DNA of 64,000 nucleotides, taken from NCBI GenBank assembly GCA_963793265.1, contig CAWBZI010000001.1:1312001-1376000 (forward strand), in the 5' to 3' direction. Below, one piece after another: positions 51,635 through 60,627 of the stretch. The stretch is from an uncultured cyanobacterium. GTDB lineage: Bacteria; Cyanobacteriota; Cyanobacteriia; Phormidesmidales; Phormidesmidaceae. The notes under the pieces are model-generated. The model was not told the DNA's origin. It did no database searches and saw nothing but the letters and a program-made list of their open reading frames with translations. A program made the position numbers and the translations under genes. Numbering within the stretch: position 1 is the first letter of the stretch; each line of letters begins with the position of its first letter.

Positions 51635-51669
51635 CCAACTGCTTCCACCCACCTACCCTTCTCATCGTC

Positions 51670-52095
51670 ATGGCTAATGCAAAACGCATTGCAGGGCTTG
51701 GGCTCTCTGGATTAGGACTACTGCTCGGCTTTCTTTGCCTGGGCAGGGCCGTAGAAACTGCGCTGGATAAAGATCCTAACCGGCTCGGTAAGCGAGAGAC
51801 AATCACCGCCGGGCTGCTGCTAGGCATTCCGATTACCGCATCGGCGCTATGGATGATCAAGGACTTGGAGCGTAGCCGAAAGCTAGCTGAATCTGAGCGA
51901 TTACAGGCACTTTTCTATAAGGCGCTTAAGGCGAACAATGGCAGGATTAACCCGCTTCAGTTCGCGATGCTGGGTCAAATTTCTGTTGAGGAAGCTAAAG
52001 ACTGTCTGGATGCTTGGGCTGTTCCGCTCAACGCAGACTTTCAGGTAGACGAGGCCGGGGTGGTGATGTATTGCTTTAACGTGTTTGAAAACTGA
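51670..52095 (+). CDS. Hypothetical membrane protein
   Basis: Two TM segments and a C-terminal wHTH-like region. Confidence 0.7.
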   Translation: MANAKRIAGLGLSGLGLLLGFLCLGRAVETALDKDPNRLGKRETITAGLLLGIPITASALWMIKDLERSRKLAESERLQALFYKALKANNGRINPLQFAMLGQISVEEAKDCLDAWAVPLNADFQVDEAGVVMYCFNVFEN

Positions 52096-52113
52096 TCTTT
52101 TTGGAAGAATGCC

Positions 52114-52488
52114 ATGGCTCGTTTGTTTTTCATAGTCGCCTCTCTTTTGGGCGGGCTCTCCGTAGCAGGCGGCGCGTTCGGTGCTCATGCCCTCAAAGGA
52201 ACGTTGAGCGAAACGGCTTTGAACAGTTTTGAAACCGGCGTAAGATACCAGATGTATCATGCCCTAGCGTTGCTTGTTGTTGCCTTACTGATTAAGCAGT
52301 CGCCCGAAATCTCGATACTCAACGTCGCAGGCTGGTGCTTCATTGCGGGCATTGTTCTATTTTCGGGCAGTCTTTACGGGCTGAGCCTGGCGGGGATTAA
52401 GGCGCTAGGGCCAGTTACGCCATTAGGCGGCGTTGCTTTTATGGCGGGCTGGATTTGTTTGATGGTTGCTAGTACAAAAGCGTTCTAG
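52114..52488 (+). CDS. DUF423 membrane protein
   Basis: GAFGAH, YQMYHALAL, FSGSLY, TPLGG. Confidence 0.9.
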   Translation: MARLFFIVASLLGGLSVAGGAFGAHALKGTLSETALNSFETGVRYQMYHALALLVVALLIKQSPEISILNVAGWCFIAGIVLFSGSLYGLSLAGIKALGPVTPLGGVAFMAGWICLMVASTKAF

Positions 52489-52510
52489 GCTCTCTTGATT
52501 TAGCCGCTCG

Positions 52511-53074
52511 CTACGAATCAATATACAATTCATCAAGCACGTCAATACTAGCCTCTTCTGAATCGAGCGTTTCAGCTTCAGTCATTTCAGCTTCAGTCAT
52601 CTCAGCTTCAGGCATCTCAGCTTCAGTCATTTGGGCCTCAGTCATTTGGGCCTCAGACGCACCCTCTTCAGCCATCGTCTCGTCAGTCGCTTCGTCTTCC
52701 ATCATGGCTTCTTCTGCAAGATCTGTATCGATAGACTGCGCTGTCGCTTCTGGCTGAATTGAAACCGTTCCATCTTCGGAAACAACGAGCTTCCATTCAC
52801 CCTTACTCTGGTTGTCATGCTGACTAATAGAGGAGAGTGAATTAGAAGAAGACAGCGCTTGGTCTTGAGGAACGACGCTACCGTCAGATTGCAAGATCAG
52901 CTTAGGGGTTTGCTCAGAAGCAGCGGTGACAGGCGCTATACGGGTCGATTCCGAGGTGGGTGATAGTGCGATCGCACTTCCTGCTGTCAGGGCCATGCCA
53001 GCGCCCGTTTGCAGCAGCGCGCCAAAGAGCACAAGCGGCAGATTGGTATTTTGAGAATTTGCATCGGCTGACAT
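52511..53074 (-). CDS. Hypothetical acidic protein with an N-terminal hydrophobic segment and EA(E/Q)MT repeats
   Basis: RBS AGGAG precedes ATG 53074; internal 15-bp tandem repeats. Confidence 0.65.
   Translation of the reverse strand: MSADANSQNTNLPLVLFGALLQTGAGMALTAGSAIALSPTSESTRIAPVTAASEQTPKLILQSDGSVVPQDQALSSSNSLSSISQHDNQSKGEWKLVVSEDGTVSIQPEATAQSIDTDLAEEAMMEDEATDETMAEEGASEAQMTEAQMTEAEMPEAEMTEAEMTEAETLDSEEASIDVLDELYIDS
52571..52656. repeat. Coding tandem repeat, 15-bp unit, about 5.7 copies
   Basis: Units TTCAGCTTCAGTCAT / CTCAGCTTCAGGCAT / TTGGGCCTCAGTCAT. Confidence 0.85.
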
Positions 53075-53247
53075 AGCAGTGACTCCTAACAGGACTTCCG
53101 TAATATTACTGACTTTCTTGTCAAGCAAGATAATAACTCAAAAGAACTAACGTATCTTCAAATATGAAGAATATTGACTTTAGTAGGATAAAATCGTCTG
53201 TATTCTATTGATTTTGCGATTAAGACTGATGAATTGAACGCATTGCG

Positions 53248-54477
53248 ATGATTAAAGCCCTTCCCAATCCCCTCCAGCTTCCCTGGGTAATTTATGCGCT
53301 AGAGCAGGGAAACGCTTCGCTGCACCGAGCCTTAGCGCTGGCGAATGCAGCCGCATCAGATCGTCAAATCTTTATTATCAGCAACAGTGAATATGCGACG
53401 GTTGCCCAAAACAAACTCTCTCAAAATTTTGACGCTACCGATAATATTTCCATTCATTCAGTTGCTTGCAGCGCCACATTCGGCAGCCCAGATGACGAGC
53501 TTTTACAGGTGAGTCAGCTATTTTCAATCGCCCCTTTTGTCCTCATTGTTGATTCGCTACCAAAGGGCTTCTACGGCGAACTACCCGACATTCTGGCTGA
53601 GCTGGCTAACATTCCCAAAGTTTTGATACTGCGAGATTTGAAGCCGACCGATGCGTTAGTAAAGCCCCTCCCCAGAAGAACTGCTCGCAGTCTCGACAGC
53701 CTCATCGCAGAACATTACGATCTGGCCATTATCCCTGGCGATCGCGAAGCCCCCACTGCACTCACCCTTCCTCCTGGTGAGCAAGCATTCTGCAACCTCA
53801 AACAAACCCATCCCTGGCTGAGCCGGTTGACTCACAGCTACTATCAAGACAAAGCAACAACTATTTTAGTCATAGCCTCAGCAGCAGCCGAGAAAGAAAT
53901 ATATGGCTACATCGCCAGCACCTTAGCGCAACAGTGCCCTGATGCAAATATCCGATGTTTCTCTCGCATTCCGCCCAACAACTGTCCGGTTGAACTTTGG
54001 GATGCCTACTGGCCCCCGGTAGACTATCTACCAGGGGCAGATTTGGTGATTGGCTCAGGTGACTACAGCACAGTTCATACCTGTCAGGCGTTAGGAATTC
54101 CGCTCATTGCATTTCCCTGGCAGCGTCAGGACGATCTACAAAGAGAAAGACTTGACCATGCCGCTAGCTTGAGCCCTGAACTGATCAAAATTGTCACGAG
54201 CCCTGAAGAGGCGCTCGGGAATGCGTTTGCTTTGCTCAATCAGATGATAGCGAGCAGACTGACTGAGCTTCAGAAGACAAAGGATGTAGCGTCTGGCTTG
54301 GCGGATTTCGTAGATAAAACCGCAGGCAAAGAAACAGAGGGAATTACAGAGGCGATCGCACTCATCGAAGCAGCCATTGTCGCTAAGTGGAATCAAATTG
54401 CTCATGCCGCGATGACAGCAGACGTGCAGCAGATGAGAGAGCGGCAAGAGGCACTCGCCGAGGACGATCAGTGGTAG
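53248..54477 (+). CDS. GT-B fold glycosyltransferase-like protein (GT28 C-terminal-like)
   Basis: ADLVIGSGDYSTVHTCQALGIPLIAFP...DDLQRER. Confidence 0.6.
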   Translation: MIKALPNPLQLPWVIYALEQGNASLHRALALANAAASDRQIFIISNSEYATVAQNKLSQNFDATDNISIHSVACSATFGSPDDELLQVSQLFSIAPFVLIVDSLPKGFYGELPDILAELANIPKVLILRDLKPTDALVKPLPRRTARSLDSLIAEHYDLAIIPGDREAPTALTLPPGEQAFCNLKQTHPWLSRLTHSYYQDKATTILVIASAAAEKEIYGYIASTLAQQCPDANIRCFSRIPPNNCPVELWDAYWPPVDYLPGADLVIGSGDYSTVHTCQALGIPLIAFPWQRQDDLQRERLDHAASLSPELIKIVTSPEEALGNAFALLNQMIASRLTELQKTKDVASGLADFVDKTAGKETEGITEAIALIEAAIVAKWNQIAHAAMTADVQQMRERQEALAEDDQW

Positions 54478-54482
54478 CGGTG

Positions 54483-56081
54483 ATGAAAGAAGCAAGCTAC
54501 AAGAAATACTATCAGGCCATAGCGGAGACGCCAAAAGTCGCAGTGCCTTACAGACAGCTTGCTAGTGCTCTATTGGAGGACGCAGATTTTGAACAGGCGA
54601 TCGCCTTCGCTAAAATCGCGCTAAGCCTGAATCCCAATGACTTTCAAGCAGCCCTCCTGCTTCAAAAAAGCATCGACGCGCTACACAAACTGTCCTATCC
54701 AAAAAGGCCATCAGCGCAAGCACACCAGCCAGCTAAACAACCACCACTAATAGCCGAAGAAGGGAACAACTACACTTTTATCAGTCAAAAAGTACAAGGG
54801 TTCATCAACAGCTCACAGCCTTATCACCTGCCTGTTTCCATCATTATCCCGACCTATAATCGTAAAGACAAACTTGCTCGCGCGCTAGCTGCCCTTACTC
54901 ATCAGAGCTATCCTCAACACCTCATCGAAATTATCGTAGCCGACGACGGCAGCACCGACGGTATCGAAACCGTCATTCAAAAGTTTCAACAGCACCTTAC
55001 GATCAAACATGTTTGGCAGCCAGATTTAGGCTTTCGGCTAGCGGGCGTGTGCAATCTTGGCATTCAGAATGCGACTCACAACTGCATTGTTTTGCTACAG
55101 TGCGACATGATTCCTCGGCCTGAGCTGGTAGAAGCCTATATGCAGTACCTTCATACCGGCGAGAGAGTCTTTTTGATTGGCGGGCGTCAGTTTGTGTGTG
55201 CAGATGATATTACAGATGATCAAATTTTAGCCGACGTTGACGCAGCCTTGAGTTTACCGGCGATTAAAACCAACAACGAAATTTGGCAAGGACAAAAGTC
55301 CTGGCAAGACTGGCGAATTCCCGTCTATCAAGAAACAGACGGTCTTAAGAAAGAGAAATATCCTTTCAGAGCGGCTGTGGGCTCTAACCTCGCATTCTCT
55401 AAGCAGTTAGTGGAAGAGATTGGGGGCTTTGACGAAGACTTCCATGCCTGGGGCGGCGAAGATCGAGAGTTTGGCTATCGGGCTTATAATGCGGGCTACT
55501 ATTTTATTCCGGTTAAGAAGGCGCAGTGTTTGCATCAGGAGCCACCGGAGGGCGTGAATGAGAGCGATCGCAAGCTGGGCAGCAGGCTGGCGAAAAAAGG
55601 GTGCGAGGAGAAATGCCCTATGCCTACCGATAGGAAATATCAGGCAGGAAGAGTTTATGCCGTGCCTAAAGTCTCTATCTGCGTCGTTGTTTTTTCAAAT
55701 GCCGACACGCCGCGATTGCTCAGAACCTCTATCGAAAGCGTGCTCAACCAAACTTACACAGATTTAGAAGCTTTTGTTATTGTCTGTGGCGTTAACAGCC
55801 ATCGTTTTCAAAGCCTGCAGGTTAACTTCTCGGCAGATAAACGCGTGAGATGGAAAGTGTTGAGGCGGCAATACGCTTTGGAAAGCGTTTTGAACGGCGG
55901 CTTTAAGCGAGCAAAAGGCGCTTATATTGGGTACTTGAAGGCGGGAGATACGCTACGGCCCGATGAGATTGAAAGATTAAATCAGCGTTTGGATGAGGGC
56001 GATGATGGCTGCGCGTTTGAGGAGGCGATCGCGCAGCCCTTTCAGTTATTTAGAAAGCGCGACTGGATGAGAGCGCAATGA
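54483..56081 (+). CDS. GT2 glycosyltransferase resembling chondroitin/hyaluronan synthases (KfoC/PmHAS), with an N-terminal TPR-like segment
   Basis: SIIIPTYNR, VADDGS, QCDMIP, DWR, WGGEDREFGYR, HQEPP, then VPKVSI...ESVLNQTYTDLE. Start is 54471 or 54483. Confidence 0.8.
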   Translation: MKEASYKKYYQAIAETPKVAVPYRQLASALLEDADFEQAIAFAKIALSLNPNDFQAALLLQKSIDALHKLSYPKRPSAQAHQPAKQPPLIAEEGNNYTFISQKVQGFINSSQPYHLPVSIIIPTYNRKDKLARALAALTHQSYPQHLIEIIVADDGSTDGIETVIQKFQQHLTIKHVWQPDLGFRLAGVCNLGIQNATHNCIVLLQCDMIPRPELVEAYMQYLHTGERVFLIGGRQFVCADDITDDQILADVDAALSLPAIKTNNEIWQGQKSWQDWRIPVYQETDGLKKEKYPFRAAVGSNLAFSKQLVEEIGGFDEDFHAWGGEDREFGYRAYNAGYYFIPVKKAQCLHQEPPEGVNESDRKLGSRLAKKGCEEKCPMPTDRKYQAGRVYAVPKVSICVVVFSNADTPRLLRTSIESVLNQTYTDLEAFVIVCGVNSHRFQSLQVNFSADKRVRWKVLRRQYALESVLNGGFKRAKGAYIGYLKAGDTLRPDEIERLNQRLDEGDDGCAFEEAIAQPFQLFRKRDWMRAQ

Positions 56082-58511
56082 ATCTTTTGCCTTGAGTGCC
56101 AGCATCCAAAACAGCGGGATTCCAGAATATTCATGAGGCGCAATATTGTTAGCAGGCGCGATCGCTCTAAACGCAGCATTCTTACGAATATCAGGATACG
56201 CATCACAGGCAAATCGATACAGCGCTGAAAACCGTTCTCTATTGAAAGGCTGCTTTTGCCGGTAAGGCCAATCCCGATTGAAATAGGGCAACAGCCACTC
56301 AAATCCTTTCTCTAAACCAGCGCCCTCGCGCGTCGTGTATCGCCATAAGTCAATGCCGACATGCTCCGCAACTTTGGCTAAGTTAGCCCAGTTTTGCAGG
56401 TTAAAGGTGCAGTAGTGCAGCGTGGCGCTTCGCTTCAGTTCTTGAGGCTGTTTGCCACCGGGCTCAAACTGTTTTGCCAGCCTGAGCTTACTGTATTCGA
56501 GCGTTTTGAAAAGAGCGATCGCATCATCACAAAACCCAGCTAGCGCGGCCACTTGAAGATCATAGCAGGTGCCATGATTATTCACCGCTCGCCCCTCTGC
56601 TTGGCCCTGAGCGCTCGTCATCAGCCAGTTCAAAAGCGACTGACACCAGGCTTGTAGCCCTTCATAGTCGGCCTGTGACCACGCATCCGAGTAGCGCAGC
56701 AGCTTCACCGCATCTAAAAAGTAATAGAAATCTTTGGTGTCAATAATGCCCCACCGTGCGCCCAGATTGTTGTTGTTTCCCATCTCAACCTGAGCATATT
56801 TAAGATGAGGCGTCATTTTAGTCGCCGGATCTAAAAACCACGTGCGTACCAGGTTTGCAGCATGGTCTGCATAGTGGCGATCGCCCGTGATATACCAGGC
56901 CATTGCTAAAGTCGTCGTATTGTTTAGCGTTCTCTGTAGGCGAGCGTGGTCGTATTGGTTGCTCTCTTTAGAATATAACTTAGTTGCAGGCATTCGCTGA
57001 CCGTCGCGAAATACATACGGTAAGCCATCGGGCTTCGTTGGATCTGGCCAGCTAAAGGCCGATAGTGAAAAGTAGTCGTGGGGACTACCGCTGGCGGGCA
57101 TGGCTGTTTTTTGCATCACAGAGTAGGCCGGATGCTGGAGGGCTTTGTTAGCTAGTGCCTTGAGCTGTCGAAAGAAATCAAAGGCGCGTGGCTGGCGATC
57201 GCACCGACACTTATACAGGCACTTATCGCGAAACTGATCCAGGGTTTGCTGATTAAAAAACAACAGCTCGTGAGCCTTGAAGCAACGGCGAAAGATGCTT
57301 TCATCAATTGCATCGATAAACTGCCATACCGCCGCCTGCCGGTCAACTGTGCGCCCGCTCAGTCCTGCGCGGCCCTGATCGTGATCTAGCGCGTGGCCAG
57401 AGGCCAGACGAGCGACCCGGCCTGCCGATTGCCACTGGCCCGCTTCAGCAGAAACCGTCCACTGCTTTCGCTCCCAGGGTTTGTAGTTCCACCTGTCCCA
57501 AATGCCCGGTATTTTTAGCCGCCTGAACAGCTCAACTTTGGTAAAACGGCCATACTGTAAAGATTCGTCAAAGCGTTCCTTGGAGCTTTGATGAATTGCA
57601 ATTTGCGGTTCTTCAGTCGGCGGTGGAATTTCGCCGGGCGTAAAAAGCTGCTCGTTGGTAGTTAGCCGAATCATCGGCAAAATAAAGTGTTTAATCGATG
57701 GTTTATTGTCTCGCTTGGGCCTGATCTGAACAGTTTTTAAAACACGACGCCAGGCAGCTAGCGTCATAAAACAGCCGCCGTCTAACACTAGCGTCCAGTC
57801 GGCTTTTTGCTGACCTTCGTCTAAGGCTAAATTGCGGACGGCGTTGAGGTTGATGGCGGCTAGGTTTTTGGGTCTGTAGGGGCGATCGCCCGCCCAAATC
57901 TGACTGTTGCGATCAAGTTTTTGAAAGGCGGGCGATCGCAAAAAATCAGGCTCCAAAAAACTCTCAAAGTCGTAATCCACCCTGGCATAGGCCGCCTTGT
58001 CAAACGGGATATGCCGATACGTTTGATGGTGCGTCGTTAAAGTCTTTAAGATCTTCTGTTCTTGTTCTGCATCTACAATTCTGTTGACTATCCAAGTCTT
58101 TTGGCAGCGATGCAAAGGCGGCTCATGATTCAAAATAAACTCAAGATTGGCCAGCGTTTGCCCCACATAATGACGCGGTGGCAAATCACTGCCTAAGATT
58201 CTGTAAAGAATAAAGCTAGGCGAACTCTGTTGACTCGTCGCGCTCGATACAACACAATCTTCGATGCCTAAAACATTCGAGACAAGGGCATTCCACTCAC
58301 CCAGCTCAGTAAAATTTTCAATATCGAAAGCATGCTTTCGTTGCACAGAGATCTCTTTAAAGCGGGCCACCCAGTCGGCAATGAGCTGACCAGAGAGCCG
58401 TGAGCTTTGAACAGACGCTTTAGAGAAATAGTGGCCCATTGAGTCATAGTTACCGCACCAGTACTGCCACCAGGCAAGGTCTAAAAGGTCAAAGTTGTTC
58501 ATCTTCATCAC
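56046..58511 (-). CDS. Alginate-lyase-family protein with an N-terminal GT-like domain
   Basis: HDYFS...WPDP..PDGLPY..RDG, WFLDPATKMTPHLKYAQ, NNHGT, HYCTFNL. Confidence 0.75.
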   Translation of the reverse strand: MMKMNNFDLLDLAWWQYWCGNYDSMGHYFSKASVQSSRLSGQLIADWVARFKEISVQRKHAFDIENFTELGEWNALVSNVLGIEDCVVSSATSQQSSPSFILYRILGSDLPPRHYVGQTLANLEFILNHEPPLHRCQKTWIVNRIVDAEQEQKILKTLTTHHQTYRHIPFDKAAYARVDYDFESFLEPDFLRSPAFQKLDRNSQIWAGDRPYRPKNLAAINLNAVRNLALDEGQQKADWTLVLDGGCFMTLAAWRRVLKTVQIRPKRDNKPSIKHFILPMIRLTTNEQLFTPGEIPPPTEEPQIAIHQSSKERFDESLQYGRFTKVELFRRLKIPGIWDRWNYKPWERKQWTVSAEAGQWQSAGRVARLASGHALDHDQGRAGLSGRTVDRQAAVWQFIDAIDESIFRRCFKAHELLFFNQQTLDQFRDKCLYKCRCDRQPRAFDFFRQLKALANKALQHPAYSVMQKTAMPASGSPHDYFSLSAFSWPDPTKPDGLPYVFRDGQRMPATKLYSKESNQYDHARLQRTLNNTTTLAMAWYITGDRHYADHAANLVRTWFLDPATKMTPHLKYAQVEMGNNNNLGARWGIIDTKDFYYFLDAVKLLRYSDAWSQADYEGLQAWCQSLLNWLMTSAQGQAEGRAVNNHGTCYDLQVAALAGFCDDAIALFKTLEYSKLRLAKQFEPGGKQPQELKRSATLHYCTFNLQNWANLAKVAEHVGIDLWRYTTREGAGLEKGFEWLLPYFNRDWPYRQKQPFNRERFSALYRFACDAYPDIRKNAAFRAIAPANNIAPHEYSGIPLFWMLALKAKDSLRSHPVALSK

Positions 58512-60496
58512 GAACCGCTCGCCTGCAGTTTGCTGGTGACTCGCTCAATCCGCAGGCGAATTTCCTCAGCTTGATCGTCTCGGCCCAGTGTTTGCCAGAG
58601 TGCAAGTGCCTGCTCAAGGTAGTCTATTGACTGTTCAAAGCTCGACTGTTGTTCATAAACGCCACTGATCTGTCTAAGAATTCTAGCTGTCGCTGCCAGA
58701 TCGTCTAGCTCGCGGCTAATCGTGACAGCCTGCTGATAAGCGTCAATGGACTGTTCGTAGCTGCCCTGCTGATAGTAGACAGCGCCCATGCTCTTGAGCA
58801 CTTTGCCCTCACCACGACGATCGCCAATCTGATTGCGAATATCGAGTGCTCTTTGATAGTAGTCAATCGCCTGTGCGTAGTCTTCTCTCGCCTTGTGCAC
58901 ATTACCAATATTGTTCAGCGTAGAAGCTTCTACGGTTTGATGGCCAACCTCGCTGTTTAGATCCAAAACCTGTTGATAATAGTCCAGCGCCTTGTCATAT
59001 TGTTGTAGGTCAAAATAAATACGACCGATGTTGTTGAGCATTCGAGCTTCGCTAGAGCGATCGCCAATCTGCCTGCGCGCAGCTAACGACTGTTCGTAAT
59101 AGTCCAGCGCTTGAGTCAAATCGCCACGATCATGAGCTAGCAAGCCCAAACCGTTAAACGCCAGTCCCAGACCCGGTACAAAATCAATTTCTTGGCTAAT
59201 CGCCAAAACCTGCTCATAGGTTGAACGCGATAAATCTTGCTTTTCTTGGGAGCGATAGTTGAGGGCGATTTCAGTGAGCGCGTTGGCTTCACCCATGCGA
59301 TCGCCGTTTGCCTGATGAATTGCTAACGACTGCTGCGCGTAGTCCAGCGCCTGATCGTACTGGCCCAAGTACCAGTGAGCAGCCGATAGGTTCACCAGGG
59401 TTTGGCCCTGCCCCCCCAAGTCGTCCAGATCAGTCTGTATCGCTAGCGCCTGCTCATAATGTGAGATGGCCTTAGTATATTGACCCCATGAGGCATAGAC
59501 CCGAGCCAGGTTTCGTAAAGCCTTGGCTTCGCTGAGGCGATCGCCCACCAGCGGTCGTTTACTAATTTCCAAAGCCTGCTGATAGTTCTCTACAGCCTGT
59601 GAATAGTCACTTTGATGATAGTAAGACTCCCCGATTCTGTTGAGCGTTTTGCCCTGCTCTGCCAAATCGCCCGTTTCTGCTTGAACAGCTAGCGCCTGCT
59701 GATAAAGCGATCTGGCCTGCGGATAGTCACTCTGGAGCTGATACACCCAGCCTGTCAGCCGGAGCACTCGGCCTTTTCCAGTGCGATCGCCAATCTCATC
59801 AAACAGCGATCGCGCCTGCGCGTAATAGCCCAGCGCCTGCGGATAGTCGTACGTCCGCAGGCTCATCTCGCCCTGATTTTCTAGCGTTTGCCCTTCCCCC
59901 TGTCGGTCTTGAATTGCGTCTGCAACCGCCCAGCTTTTCTCATACATCGCCTGAGCTTTGTCATACTCGCCCGCCTGCCGATGCATCGTTCCTAGCTTTC
60001 TAAGCGCAATGCCCTCCCCTAGCTGCTCCCTAAGCGCCTCCGATAGCGCCAGACTTCGACGATAGTAGTCCCAAGCCATTTCACGATCTTTTTCAGATTC
60101 AGCCACCTCACCTAAGTACCGCAGCGTTTCACTTTGCCCTAGCCGATCTTTCACCCGCTCAGCAATCTGCAAACTCTCCTGCAAAGCTGCCTTCGCCTGC
60201 TGCGTTTCGCCCGTCGCCAAATAGGCCCGTCCTAAGTTCGCCAGCGCCTGACTTTCTCCTAAGCGATCGCGCACCTCCCTGGCCCGTTGCAAATGCCGCT
60301 GATGATACTCAATCGCCTGCAAATACACGCCCTGATTGTGATACACCTCGCCAATATTGCCAACTGCCTGCCCCTCTCCTAGCGCGTCGTCGATTTCTCG
60401 GGCAATCGTCAAATGCTGCTCATGATCCTGCAAAGCTGCCGGGTAATCGCCTAAGTTGTTGCGCATTACCCCCAAATTGCCGTACGCATAGCCCAT
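58508..60496 (-). CDS. Long TPR array, probably the C-terminal half of the upstream AAA_35 gene
   Basis: About 16 repeats of roughly 40 aa (GDRxGEGxxLxNLG); the frame stays open upstream past 60640. Confidence 0.8.
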   Translation of the reverse strand: MGYAYGNLGVMRNNLGDYPAALQDHEQHLTIAREIDDALGEGQAVGNIGEVYHNQGVYLQAIEYHQRHLQRAREVRDRLGESQALANLGRAYLATGETQQAKAALQESLQIAERVKDRLGQSETLRYLGEVAESEKDREMAWDYYRRSLALSEALREQLGEGIALRKLGTMHRQAGEYDKAQAMYEKSWAVADAIQDRQGEGQTLENQGEMSLRTYDYPQALGYYAQARSLFDEIGDRTGKGRVLRLTGWVYQLQSDYPQARSLYQQALAVQAETGDLAEQGKTLNRIGESYYHQSDYSQAVENYQQALEISKRPLVGDRLSEAKALRNLARVYASWGQYTKAISHYEQALAIQTDLDDLGGQGQTLVNLSAAHWYLGQYDQALDYAQQSLAIHQANGDRMGEANALTEIALNYRSQEKQDLSRSTYEQVLAISQEIDFVPGLGLAFNGLGLLAHDRGDLTQALDYYEQSLAARRQIGDRSSEARMLNNIGRIYFDLQQYDKALDYYQQVLDLNSEVGHQTVEASTLNNIGNVHKAREDYAQAIDYYQRALDIRNQIGDRRGEGKVLKSMGAVYYQQGSYEQSIDAYQQAVTISRELDDLAATARILRQISGVYEQQSSFEQSIDYLEQALALWQTLGRDDQAEEIRLRIERVTSKLQASGS

Positions 60497-60627
60497 CCCA
60501 CGCCGATCTTCTAAAGCTTCAGCCTGATCCCGGCTCCGGCTCAGGTAGTCAAGCGCGTCTTCAAACCCACCAAGCCGATAGAAAACATTGCGCCAGCGCT
60601 GAATTCCCAGCGTGCCAATAAACGAAT

